Shown: positions 11,222 to 21,798 of the stretch, piece by piece
Numbering within the stretch: the stretch's first letter is position 1
How the letters are laid out: each line of letters starts with the position of its first letter
NCBI RefSeq assembly: GCF_000281045.1
Contig: NW_008246095.1
Span: 237,087-301,086 of the forward strand
DNA: 64,000 nucleotides
Origin: Saprolegnia diclina VS20
Taxonomy: Eukaryota
Direction: 5' to 3'
Position numbers and translations under genes: made by a program
The notes under the pieces: model-generated
The model's input: the letters and a program-made list of their open reading frames with translations, nothing else
Told to the model about the DNA's origin: nothing
Databases searched by the model: none

Positions 11222-13786
11222 TTACTGCTTGCGGATGGTACTACAAGTATCCGTGCATGTCGCCACGGCAGCCTGCTGCTTTCGCCGCGCCATCTCGTGG
11301 AGATCTTGGCCGCGCAAGCGTTTCTGAAGCAAAATCGCGGCAAGGACCTGCGCCAAATGGCACACAGTCGCCGCAAACAAGAGTGCGCTGCAGAGTGCGA
11401 GAAACTCGAGTGTACTGTGGCACAGCCCGGCCTCGAGCGTCGCGGCTTGGGCTTGAAACGTGGCGCAGCGCAGACTCGGTGCACAGGCGAGCGCTTGCCC
11501 CGCGGCCAAAGACGCCCCCAGCGACGAGTTGGTCGCAATCGCGTGCACATAAGCCGTGCGACTGCTCGCCGTGGTTGTGGCATATGCCGCATACAGCGCT
11601 TTGGGGCCACTGACGTAGGTTGACGTCATGCTGGCGAGCAGCGCGGTGGCGTCCACATCGAGCCGCTTGAGACTGTACGCCCGCTCAAAGCTCGTGTAGC
11701 ACGTCGTGTTGGTGCCTACGAGGTCATATAGGACACATCGACACCAAAGGGAACGCAGAAGGAGGGTACCGTGGCATTGGAGCGCCATAAAGCAAAGCGG
11801 ACTCACATCGGGCGGCTGCAGTTGGGTGCAGGGCGTCGGGTCCAACGCGCTGCCGTAGACTTGCCACGGCGAGAGGAGCCGCGTCGGCGTCCACGTTGCC
11901 TTGGTCGTCGCCACCGCGAGCGCCGCGATCCGCCGCAGGAGCTCCGACATCGTGTACCCGAACGTCGTACTCGGTCGAAACGATTGGAGGCGGGCGCTGT
12001 ACGCCTCGGCAGCTTCAAGGGGTTGGCTCAAGTTGATAAGCGCAAAGGACTCGAGGATCGCGTGGCCCTCGCACGTCCACTGGGCTAGCGGACGCAGCTC
12101 TGGGAACGCTGTCTCGTAAGTGCGCTCCCCGAGGCACTGCGCCACGATCGTCGCGCCGGCCGACGGGAGGTACCGATTGGGCTCGGATTTCATGAGCGAA
12201 AAGTACGTGCAGAGGTCGAGGCCGACGACGGCGAGCACGAGGCAATAGGTGCCGAGCACAAGGCCAAGGAACGAGAAGACGACACCGGTCATCCAACTGC
12301 CGTGCAAAAGATGCACGAGGCGTGACGAGCCCGACACAAGGCCGGCAAAAATACCAACCAGACCGAGCGCGCTCGAGACGAGCCCGAGTCCGAGCGTGGC
12401 CTGCAGCGCGCGAACGCTAAGGGACTCGAGCACGTCAAAGCCGTGAAGAAGGCGTGGGTACGTCGAGGTATAGTACGCTGCTGCAAGACTGCGGATCGAG
12501 TCCAACGGCGCCCGCAAGCGGCCGAGATCCAACGTTGACGACGCATTGACCGACGGCTCGAGAAGTGTGGTGAGGGGCGGCGTCAATGCGATCGGCGCCG
12601 TATCGTCCAGGATACGCTGGAGACTTCCGTTGATGTCACCGCACACCACCTCGGGGCACGCCGTGCACGAGGTCGTTGTCGGCACCAAATGTGCGTCGGG
12701 GGACCGCGAGCACGCGTAAAGGGGGTACTCGCCAGCATCGCGGTACGCATCGGTAAATGATTCCATGCTAGCGACGACGTTGGTCCAGTTCCCGGGGCGC
12801 GCAGCCGGGGCGAGGGCCATCGCCACGTCGCTCCTCGACACGTTTGGCAGTGCTGTTTGGAGCGCCTCAAATGGCACGAATGCGTCGGTGCGCACGGTGG
12901 CGAGCTGCGTCATGGTGGCGTTCGTGCTACCTGCAATCGATTGCGCGGCGTCTTGGAATGCCACGCCTTGGGCCAGCGCGATCGCCGCGCAGGCGATGAG
13001 AAAGCACGTGGTCCAGAGAAAGACGACGATGGGCCCCCAGCGCTCGAGCCACGTGTAGCCGTGACGGCTCGGCGTCGCCCCCCAGCAGCGGTTGCACCCA
13101 AAGCGCATGACGCAAAAAGTCCACGTCGAAAGGACCAGAACGGCGGCCACCAAGAGACCTGGCACCGTGTAGAGATACAGCGTCTTCGGGTAGCTCTTTC
13201 GGACCCATTGGGTCGCGACAACCGCGTCGGCGTCGGTAAACAGCGGCACTCGCACCGAGATTTCGTCCGTGAGCAGCGGCCACTTGCAGCTCTCGCGCCG
13301 CTCGCAGAGGTTTTGAGCAAAGCAGTTGCCCTCGTCGTGCAGGGCAAGGCAGATGCCGGACGAGGCGTTTTTTGCAGCGTAGGCGCTTGTCGACGGTACG
13401 CACCGGTCCAAGTCGGACGCGTCGTGCATCTCGACGCAGAGAAACACGAGAAAATTCGCGAGCGAGTTGGCGTACCACGTGTCCCCCGCGCCCCGTGTGC
13501 CATTGAGGTAGCTCAAGGTCGCGTTGCCGACAAAAGCGGCCGTCGACCACATTTTATGGACGACCGACGGAGCGTAGAACGCAGAGGCGTTGAGTAGGAG
13601 CGCCGCATTGGACGACGGTGCAGATGGTGATGGCGGCGGCGCGACAGGACACGCCAGCGAGCAGCTGTCGCCGGCGTGTGCGGCGACGCCAAGGACGAGC
13701 AGCAACAACAGAGGACGCCACGCGAGTGCTTGTGCGCAACACATGAGTGCTTGGCGAGTGCTCGACGTCGGCAACAATGTTAGCAT
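11222..13786 (-). CDS. Signal-peptide 5-TM glycoprotein with prominin/tweety-like topology
   Basis: 854-aa ORF with a probable in-frame intron near 11715-11768. Hydrophobic leader, five hydrophobic helices and two large Cys-containing loops with many NxS/T sites. The start may be 13744. Confidence 0.65.
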   Translation of the reverse strand: MLTLLPTSSTRQALMCCAQALAWRPLLLLLVLGVAAHAGDSCSLACPVAPPPSPSAPSSNAALLLNASAFYAPSVVHKMWSTAAFVGNATLSYLNGTRGAGDTWYANSLANFLVFLCVEMHDASDLDRCVPSTSAYAAKNASSGICLALHDEGNCFAQNLCERRESCKWPLLTDEISVRVPLFTDADAVVATQWVRKSYPKTLYLYTVPGLLVAAVLVLSTWTFCVMRFGCNRCWGATPSRHGYTWLERWGPIVVFLWTTCFLIACAAIALAQGVAFQDAAQSIAGSTNATMTQLATVRTDAFVPFEALQTALPNVSRSDVAMALAPAARPGNWTNVVASMESFTDAYRDAGEYPLYACSRSPDAHLVPTTTSCTACPEVVCGDINGSLQRILDDTAPIALTPPLTTLLEPSVNASSTLDLGRLRAPLDSIRSLAAAYYTSTYPRLLHGFDVLESLSVRALQATLGLGLVSSALGLVGIFAGLVSGSSRLVHLLHGSWMTGVVFSFLGLVLGTYCLVLAVVGLDLCTYFSLMKSEPNRYLPSAGATIVAQCLGERTYETAFPELRPLAQWTCEGHAILESFALINLSQPLEAAEAYSARLQSFRPSTTFGYTMSELLRRIAALAVATTKATWTPTRLLSPWQVYGSALDPTPCTQLQPPDVSPLCFMALQCHGTLLLRSLWCRCVLYDLVGTNTTCYTSFERAYSLKRLDVDATALLASMTSTYVSGPKALYAAYATTTASSRTAYVHAIATNSSLGASLAAGQALACAPSLRCATFQAQAATLEAGLCHSTLEFLALCSALLFAATVCHLAQVLAAILLQKRLRGQDLHEMARRKQQAAVATCTDTCSTIRKQ

Positions 13787-13951
13787 TGGCTATATTTATC
13801 ATCACGTCGCTACTGCTTTTGGGATGGCGTTGCAGAGATCAATCCTTCCGCCCAACTGATTATGCAGGTTACGCAATAGGGGTCTTCTTTGGCTTGGCCT
13901 TGGCGCCTTTGGCAAATCGCTGCGGGGCTTTGGGCCGTAGCATCTCAATGT

Positions 13952-15066
13952 CTACGCCACGTCAAGAGTGAACGTTGAAGTATCTCGTACCGTTGTCGAC
14001 GCCGAGCACACAAGGTGTCGTCTACAAGAGTGGGTCAGTCGGACGAGACGGCGAGGCGCTGCGCCTACGGGGTTGGCCGCTGTTTTGACGAGCTCTGCCT
14101 CGTACGATGGCGCATCAAAGACGCACGACGCATCCGCCAAGCGATCGAGCGTCACCCACCCGTCCCGAGTGGTGGAGCCAAATACGTCTAGTCGACGCCG
14201 CCCGAGGCAGAAGCGCTCGACGACCTGCATGACATAATGATTGCCACTGCCAGATCGACGATTATACCTCGTAAAACGCAGTAGGTTTAACTCGACCTCT
14301 CGTCGACGGGGCGACGATGACGTCGGTGTCAACATTGGCGTGGACGAAATGCCCGGACGTGTCGCGCCAGACGTGGTCGCGAAGCGCGACGAGACAGAGC
14401 TCTTTCGATCGACGCACGAGGCCGTGGCTCGAGCGCTCACTAACGTCCTGGACCTTGGCCCACCTAAGTCTCAAGTGCACCGACTTCGATCTCGGCTGTT
14501 GATGTACGTAAGGACTTCGCAGAGACGGTAATTCCTACATCCGCGTCGGAGGCAGCGTCACGTGGGGAGCGATGCGAGCGTACCAAGTAGCGAGCAAGTC
14601 GCACGCTTCGTCAAAGTGCGAGTGGACGCCGTCGTACGTGCCACCGGATCCGCACCATAGCAAGAGCACGCCGCTAGGGGACCATCGCATAGTGTTATAC
14701 CAGGCAGACCGTACGGATAGGCTCCAATCCCGTTCACGTCGAGTCGCGCCAGGTCCTGCGCTGTCCATACCGCCTCGCCGCCCGAGGCGACCTCGGCCCA
14801 CGGCGGGTCGACGACGATGGCATCGAATTGCATGCCAAGCTCCGTCAGCTCCATGCCTGGTGCAAAGTGGACGCGGTGCGGTGCCGTGGCCTGCGCTTGG
14901 AGCTGCGCTGCTTTGCGTGCGAGGAGCTCCCGCCGCTGCGGAGCCACATGGGCGAGTGGCGTCGAGAGCACCTTGCTCTGCGGTAGCGCGCCCGTCGCAA
15001 GGTAGTGCTACGTCGCCCATGAGGTCGGCAGGCGTGCGTGCAGTCTACCTCGGTGTACTCGGTCAT
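13952..15066 (-). CDS. METTL14: MT-A70 family m6A methyltransferase subunit, METTL14-like, multi-exon
   Basis: Spliced MTEYTE|HYLATGALPQ, FDAIVVDPPW, LLLWCGSG, SKELCLVA, VHANVDTDVIV and VERFCLGRRRLDVFG...GWVTL match METTL14/KAR4-type signatures. The 3' end is uncertain. Confidence 0.78.
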
Positions 15067-15331
15067 CACGGATCACGACGCTTGTCACAGATTGGTGTAA
15101 ATGGATTCCGTGGAGCAATGCGATTGGCGCGCAGGGTTCGAATGGGCATGCCGAAAATAAGCGCCTGAGGTGGCAGTGCGCCATTGGGCGACAACTTAAG
15201 CGGGTAGTCGCAACTTAATCGAGAGGATCAAAAGTAAAAAAATAGAGTCAAATTTCAAGTGCATGGCCACTGCAATAAAACGAGCGTAGCCACGTCAGTT
15301 CAGCCCTTTGCCTCGCCGCCACACACCGCGG

Positions 15332-16021
15332 ATGGTACGTGGCAGCAGGAGACCGAGCGTGGCCTCATGGCGCTCCTGCATGTAGTCGAGCCCTAGCGTG
15401 AAGGCCATCTTCGTCCTCGACGCCGAGGGCAACCGCCTCTGTGCCAAGTACTACGACCGCGTCGGGTACCCGACGTTGAAGGACCAGACCGCGCTCGAGA
15501 AGAAGATCTGGGCCAAGACCAAGAACATGAACGCGCGCATGGAGGCCGAGATCATCCTCATCGACAACATCGTCGCCGTGTTCCGTAGCCAGAACGAAAG
15601 CACGATGTTTGTTGTCGGCGGCGCCCACGAGGTAATGCGCATCGATCGACATGCGGATCGTGCAGACGCTAATGATGGCATGCGGTAGAACGAACTCATT
15701 TTGCTGCATGTGCTCGACGGCGCCTTTGAAGCCGTGAGCAACATGCTCAAGGGCCACATGGATCGGCATTCGGTGCTCGACAACCTCGAGCTCGTGCTCT
15801 TGACGTTCGATGAAGTCCTCGACGGCGGCGTCATCTTTGAGACCGACACACAATCCATCACGAACCGCGTGCTCATGCGCGTACGTCCTGCATGCATGTA
15901 TACCACACGTAACCAAATTGCGTAGGGTATCGACAACGAGGTGCCCCTCACCGAGCTTACGATCGGCCAGGCCTTCATGACGGTGCGGGAGCAGTGGTCG
16001 CGCTCGTTCCGGAGCGGCTAG
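15332..16021 (+). CDS. COPZ: Coatomer subunit zeta
   Basis: ATG-only first exon, then VKAIFVLDAEGNRLCAKYY, ENELIL and LDNLELVLLTFDEVLDGGVIFETD. TAG at 16019-16021. Confidence 0.92.
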
Positions 16022-16096
16022 AGCGCGACGACGTCCTCTCGTCCTCTTCAATATACACACAGCACTCTTCCATGCGTCGTCGTCTTATGGTCACTA

Positions 16097-18329
16097 CTAC
16101 TTGTCTCGCACGTACGAGACATCGCCGGCGCTCGAGACGATCCAGCCCACCTTTTGCTTCTTCTTGGTCGCCTTCTTGCCGGTCGAGTCCTCGAGGCCGA
16201 GACTCGACCAAATGCGGCGGTTGCCCGTCGCACTGAGCATCGCGCGCTTGGCCGCCAGCGTTTCCTTGTCAAAGTTGGCCAGCGGCGCATAGACGCTCGA
16301 CGCGTTGACCTTGCCACGCACGAGCGGTTGGGTGACCACCGGCTTCTTCTCCGGCACCGGCACCGGTGCGACGGCAGCAACGACGGGTGCAGCCGCAGCA
16401 CTGACCGTCGCGGCCGGTACGGCCAGTGGGACGTCGACGCTGCCTTCTGGCTCGACCTTGACGACTAGAGTCATCCATGCTCTAAGCGCATGTGGTGGCG
16501 GTACCGCGCGTACCTGCTGGCAGACTCTCGAGCGCGATCGGCGCCTCTTCAAGCTTGACACTGCCGTCCGCGTTGGCCTCGGGCGGCGCGTCAAAGTCGT
16601 TGCGCCGAAAGTCCGGGCGCTGGCCTACGCCGCGATGAGTCGTCGATGTACTAACTCGTTTCGACTAAGCGTACCGTACGTGTGCGAGGCCGCTGTGCAC
16701 GAGCACACGTTGTGGCACGCGCAGTGGGAGAAGTGGCACTTGGTGCCGCGCTGACAAATGCCCTTGTTCTGAAAGTCGTAGCAGACGCCTTGGCTCGGCG
16801 CGACTAGTCAGTATGTCAGCATGACATGTCCGATTCTCCCGCGCCGTACGAGTCTTCTTCCACTTGTCGTCTTCGGGCGACGCGAGCGGGTTGGCGGCGT
16901 TGGCCGTGAAGAACGCTTCGATTTCTTCGCCGCGAATGTTGTCGCTCAGACATTTCTCCAACTGCGTCAAGTGCGCGCGGTCGTACGGCCGACCAACGTC
17001 CTTCCGGACGCGGAGGAGCTTCCACCCCCCTACATAGCGCTATGGACAATGCTACAACCGGCTGCACGGACACACCTTTGCGCCACCCGACGCCGCGCTC
17101 GACCGACTGGAAGCCGGCGTGGCCCGTGTCGCTGCTCTTGTCCTCCGACGGAATGAATGTCCAATTCTCGCTGTCGTACATGCACTCGATGATGCGCTGG
17201 GACGCCTTCTTATCGTTGCAAAAGTGGTCGTAGCAGTCTATTGTGTGTCATATTTCGTGTTGGCCACGGGAAAAGATTGGAATCGACGACAAAATACCTC
17301 CTGGAAACGTGATCCAGTCGTAAAACACCGACATGCCCTTGTCCCATACGTTGAGCTTGAAGACGGGCTTCTTGGGCCTAGTATCAACTTGATACAAACA
17401 GCGCGAAATGACAAAGCGTACATGCCGCGCCACTCGACGCCGAGCTGAAAGTAGGCCGTCACGAGCACCGGATACGTCCAGGAGAAGAGTCCTTTGCCGT
17501 ACCCGGGCGTGTACGGTAGCGCTTGCGGGAGGAAGACGAGGCCGGCGTGCTGCACGGCCGTGTTGGTGGGTGTCGGCGTCAAATGCCGAATCGAGCTCGT
17601 CATTTTTACCAGCGGCCGGTTGGGCGGAAAGATGAGGCCAAACTGCGACGGCGGATGACCTTTCGGTATCGGGATTTTGGTCAAGGGCCCAATCACCGAG
17701 TTTTGGATCGTCTACGCGGTAGACAAATAAGGCTCAATGAATCATTGCAATCGGCAAGAACCTTGAGGCGCTCCTCGAGCTTGTGCGTCATGACCGCGGT
17801 CCCGTTCATCGCCAGAATGTCCGTGATCACGTACGTGAGCTTGTCCTACGACGGCAGTGTGAGTGATTGAGAAGGATGATGCGAGAGCGTACTTGGTGCA
17901 TCACCAGCGTCCCGTCCAGCACCGTCCACATGTGCTGGTTGGTCTCGTTCTCGGCGGCGGCTGGGCGATCTTGCTGGCGAAGTGGCGCAAAGAGCCAGGC
18001 CTCGCGGATCTCGTAGTTGTGCGAAATGAGGTAGCAGCGCCCTGCAACCAAGAGCGCCAGGTACCTACGGACACGTGTGTGAGCCATGACGTATTATTAG
18101 CATGGTGGCGATACCGGATGCCCGTCCATTGCGACCCGACCAAGTAGCCGAGCTCCATGATCTGCTTGCGCGTCGATCGAAGCATCGGGATCGCGATGGC
18201 CATAGGCGCGATCTCCTTCGAGTTCCAGCCCAAGAGCGCGTTGACACGGTCCTGGACAGCATTGCGCTGCTGCGGGTTGAGCAGCGTGCCCACGTCCTCG
18301 GGCGTCATCGGCGGCGGCGGTGCGCTCAT
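16097..18329 (-). CDS. mRNA capping guanylyltransferase-like protein with degenerate active site and a CCCH zinc finger
   Basis: Ordered motif remnants YLVGSQWTGIRY, VLDGTLV, YVITDIL, AGLVF, SWT and OB-fold RIIECMYD / WKLLRVRKDVGRP. CCCH finger CYDFQNKGICQRGTKCHFSH at 16724-16783. The junctions checked splice in frame with GT-AG. Confidence 0.72.
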
Positions 18330-18715
18330 CGTCGCGGCTGGAATTGCACCTCTCACACTTGATATTGCCTTTAGCAACATTTCTAAACATGGCATATGCC
18401 GAAATCACCATCGTACCCTGTACTACATACAAGTATTTGCATAGCCACGACACCGTTGGCACGTTTATCTACCCAAAGCGCTTCCTAGTGTAGCAAAGAA
18501 TATGTGCATGCTGCCAACCTCCCGTGCCCGACAGCGTTGCTCGGTACGCAAGATGGACGCGGCGTTGCATCGCTCGGATTCGGCACGTACCGCATTCTCA
18601 ATCCTCTCCAAACTCGATAGAATATACGGTGCAAGAGGTAGCTCGCCAAACCTGGCGTTGAAGTCGGGCGCATCTTTTATCCAGCCGAGGTGACGGGCAG
18701 GAACGCTACAGCAGC

Positions 18716-19618
18716 ATGAGCAGCGCCCACCAGAAGCACCAGCGCTACATCATCCGGCGCTTCCCGCCCTTCGTGGATGACGACATGATCCTACGCCACG
18801 AGCGTCTCCGCCTGCTCATCGTCTTCATCTGGGCGCTCCTCATTTTCGCAGTGACGGTACTTGGGGCGCTCACGTGCGACTACTTTCTACAGGAGCCTCT
18901 CTTCTACTTTACGGTGCTTATGGTGCTCTTTGTCGTGGCGCGGGCCATTGTACGTCGCATCGACCAGCCGCTGCCTTTCATGCCCTTATCTGTAGTACCG
19001 ATATACGCACGAATGGCCCGAAGGCCTCCGCATGCGCTGGAGCTATTGGCACGAGGTGTGTCCAATGGCAGCGGCCTCGCGGTTCCATTCCAAGTAGATT
19101 GAACTGTCCATGGCAACGTACCGCCTCAAGATCTTGGGCTACTACCACCGCAAGATCGACCGCCATCTCGGCCGCTTTCCGCGCGATGCGACCTCGGAAG
19201 CGCAAATGCGGCGATACTACCACCTTCGCGGCGTCGTGCTCTCGCTCCTCTTTGCGACGGCCTATGGCATCTTTGCCGTACGTCCATGATGCCGATTTCT
19301 GGGCTGGTCACGGCTCGCGTCTAGATTCTCTTGGCCGTGTGCGATGAAAATGCGTACACGCAAGTGCTTCTTCTCTACGTGCTCGCTGTCGCGTCGGTGT
19401 GTGTGTTGTACCGACTGGCCAAGCTGCACTTGATCGAGCTGCCGCAAGTGCTCGTGCTCTACCAGCGCCCCGAGGTAAGAATTCGATCCAGCGTTTACCA
19501 AGGCCTCATGCTAGCTGCCTAGTTTGCAGCTGATATGCTCTTTGCGGACGACGAGCGCATTCCGTTTGCACAGCCCGTCGCCACGTACGAGACAACGTCG
19601 CGGGCAACACGAGTGTAA
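18716..19618 (+). CDS. Uncharacterised multi-pass membrane protein (about 4 TM)
   Basis: Hydrophobic helices LLIVFIWALLIFAVTVLGAL, LFYFTVLMVLFVVARAI, GVVLSLLFATAYGIFA and VLLLYVLAVASVCVLY across short-intron exons. Probable TAA at 19616-19618. Confidence 0.6.
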
Positions 19619-20108
19619 TAATATGTTGCTAAATACAAAGGGTCGAGTTCTATACGTTTACATACACAGAGCGTCGAGTGCTGGATCAAGGTTCCATGCC
19701 CAGGGCCTTGTCGCATCTCCTCTTCGGCGAGCTTCTTCAACTAGAGACTAGAAGCGTGAGGTCGGAGCCCATTCTGCCGCGAAATATCTTGCTCACATGG
19801 AGATTCCAACCATCGCGGGCGTTCATTGGCTGAAATAGCCGATGTACAGCGATATGATTGGCACGAGCATGGAAATATCAGATGATTGCTGGTTCTTGTC
19901 GGTGCCGACAGAAGTCGTCGCGACGTTGAGTGCAGCGCGCTTTACACTAGACAAAGCACGCAAGTATCGGTCTGTGGATTCTCGACGCAAGGCGCCGTGG
20001 AGGTGGAGACCCGTCTTGAAAGGACCTCGGCCATTTCCGGCAATTATATGGCTCTTGCTATTTTGACCAATCCGGTGCCGTATAATTTTCGACTAGAACC
20101 TCGAGCCG

Positions 20109-21778
20109 ATGGAGGCTTGCCGGCAGATCGCGCGCGTCCGACCCGAGTGGGCCGCCGAGTGCGAGGGCCTCCTCTCTGCGTACATGGCACAGTGCGGCAG
20201 GTAGAGAGGACGCACATGCTTCCGGTCCCAGTGCTTGCGTAGACGCCTCTCGGCGGCGGAGCAGGACGAGTTTGTCGTCGACCAGTTCCTCTATGCAGAC
20301 GTGCGCCTCTCATGCGAGCCGTGCCTGCCGCCGAACGTCTGCGCCCTCAATGGCGTCTCACTCGCGGGTCGATTCTTCTTGCAGGTAAAAGAACGCTTTG
20401 GGCGATATGGGCTCATGCGAAAGACAGGTCGTCGACGTGGCCAACGTTGGCGCTGGACAGGAGCAGCGCCTTGAAGACACACCCAATCGGCTTCTCAAGA
20501 TGTGCTTGACCGATGGCGCCCAAATGATCTATGGCATCGAGTACGAACGACGACTCTGATGCAACATGCGACGCTGCCTTGTATGGTAGACATGCGCCAT
20601 TGCGGAGCTTGAGCACGAAAACACCCTCCGGCACCAAGGTACACGAGCAATGACGCAAGCGATGCAATCACTCGCGCGTAGGTGATCGTCCAGAACGCAG
20701 ACGTGCGCCATGGTCTGCTCATGCTGCGGTCGATTGACGTCCTTGGGCAGAGCTTCAACCCGACGTTGTGCGTCCCCACAGCAGCTCCGTCCCTTTGTCT
20801 CACGCCTTGCGACTAGAGAGCAGCCACTTGAAGGTGCAGATCCAACAAGCGCTGCTATCGTCCCCGCGGTATCGCCATCGAACCACTCTCGCCCGCCCGC
20901 CGCGGCCCCACGTGCGCCAGCACCAACGAGAGCAAACTTCTCTTCTGCCCCCATGCAACCACCTGCCCCTATGCAGCCTCCTGCCCGTATGCAACCTCCT
21001 GCCCCTGCGCTCCACGCACCACCACCCACCCGAGCTCCGGCGACATCGATCCCTGCGCCAGGAACGCACGTCGTGCCACCGGTCCGCGCGCCGTCGCCAG
21101 AGCCCATTGACGTCGATCTCTCGGACGAAGAGCGAACGACGGACCCGGCAATTCGACACCTCTTTTACGGACCGTCGACCAGCATGCCGCCCCGCCAACG
21201 CCCTCCCGTTGGGCCTCATGTCCTCGCGCCGCCCGTTCCGGCGCGGTCCGACCCATACCTTCCGTTCACGTACCTCTCGAGCATTGAAGCGCAGATCGCG
21301 GCGGCGACTTCCCCCGTCACGTTTTATCTGAGAGCATTCGTCAAGTCAGTGGCAGCCTTTGCGTACGCGAGCGGCTACGACCTCAAGGTCTACGTTGAAG
21401 ACGGCACGCGTACGCTTCTCGTGGCGGTGGCCCCCGCGGTATGTCTGTCGATCGCGTCTGGATGGCACGTGTTGAGGGTGGAGCGCTAGTTTGTCGAGCA
21501 GCTCATGGGGGTGTCGTGCGCTGAGTTCAAGCACGCCATGACCGTCGACTTGCCAAAGGGCGCTGCGTGGGTCCAGAACATGCAGCTGCGACTGCAATCA
21601 CTCGAAGGCATCATGAGTGTTCGGTTTCGGCCCGGCAGCATGGTACTACTCCAACATTGATTCTTGCCCGGCGCTGAAAATGACGACTGCGTAGCCGCAG
21701 GTAGAGACGTGCCAAGACTACAGTGCGGTGGCGGCGCACGCATTGCGGGCTCGGGTAGCGTCATTACAAGCTCGATAA
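20109..21778 (+). CDS. RMI1: RecQ-mediated genome instability protein 1
   Basis: N-terminal OB fold (RLLKMCLTDGAQMIYGIE, TPSGTK, VRHGLLML), a Pro-rich linker and a C-terminal OB fold (PFTYLS, VYVEDGT). The last exon is inferred. Confidence 0.85.
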
Positions 21779-21798
21779 ATAGAGTCCATGGAGGCTAT

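Noticed and set aside
20953..21006. Three 18-bp repeats encoding MQPPA(P/R)
   Set aside because: This is an ordinary low-complexity expansion in the disordered RMI1 linker.
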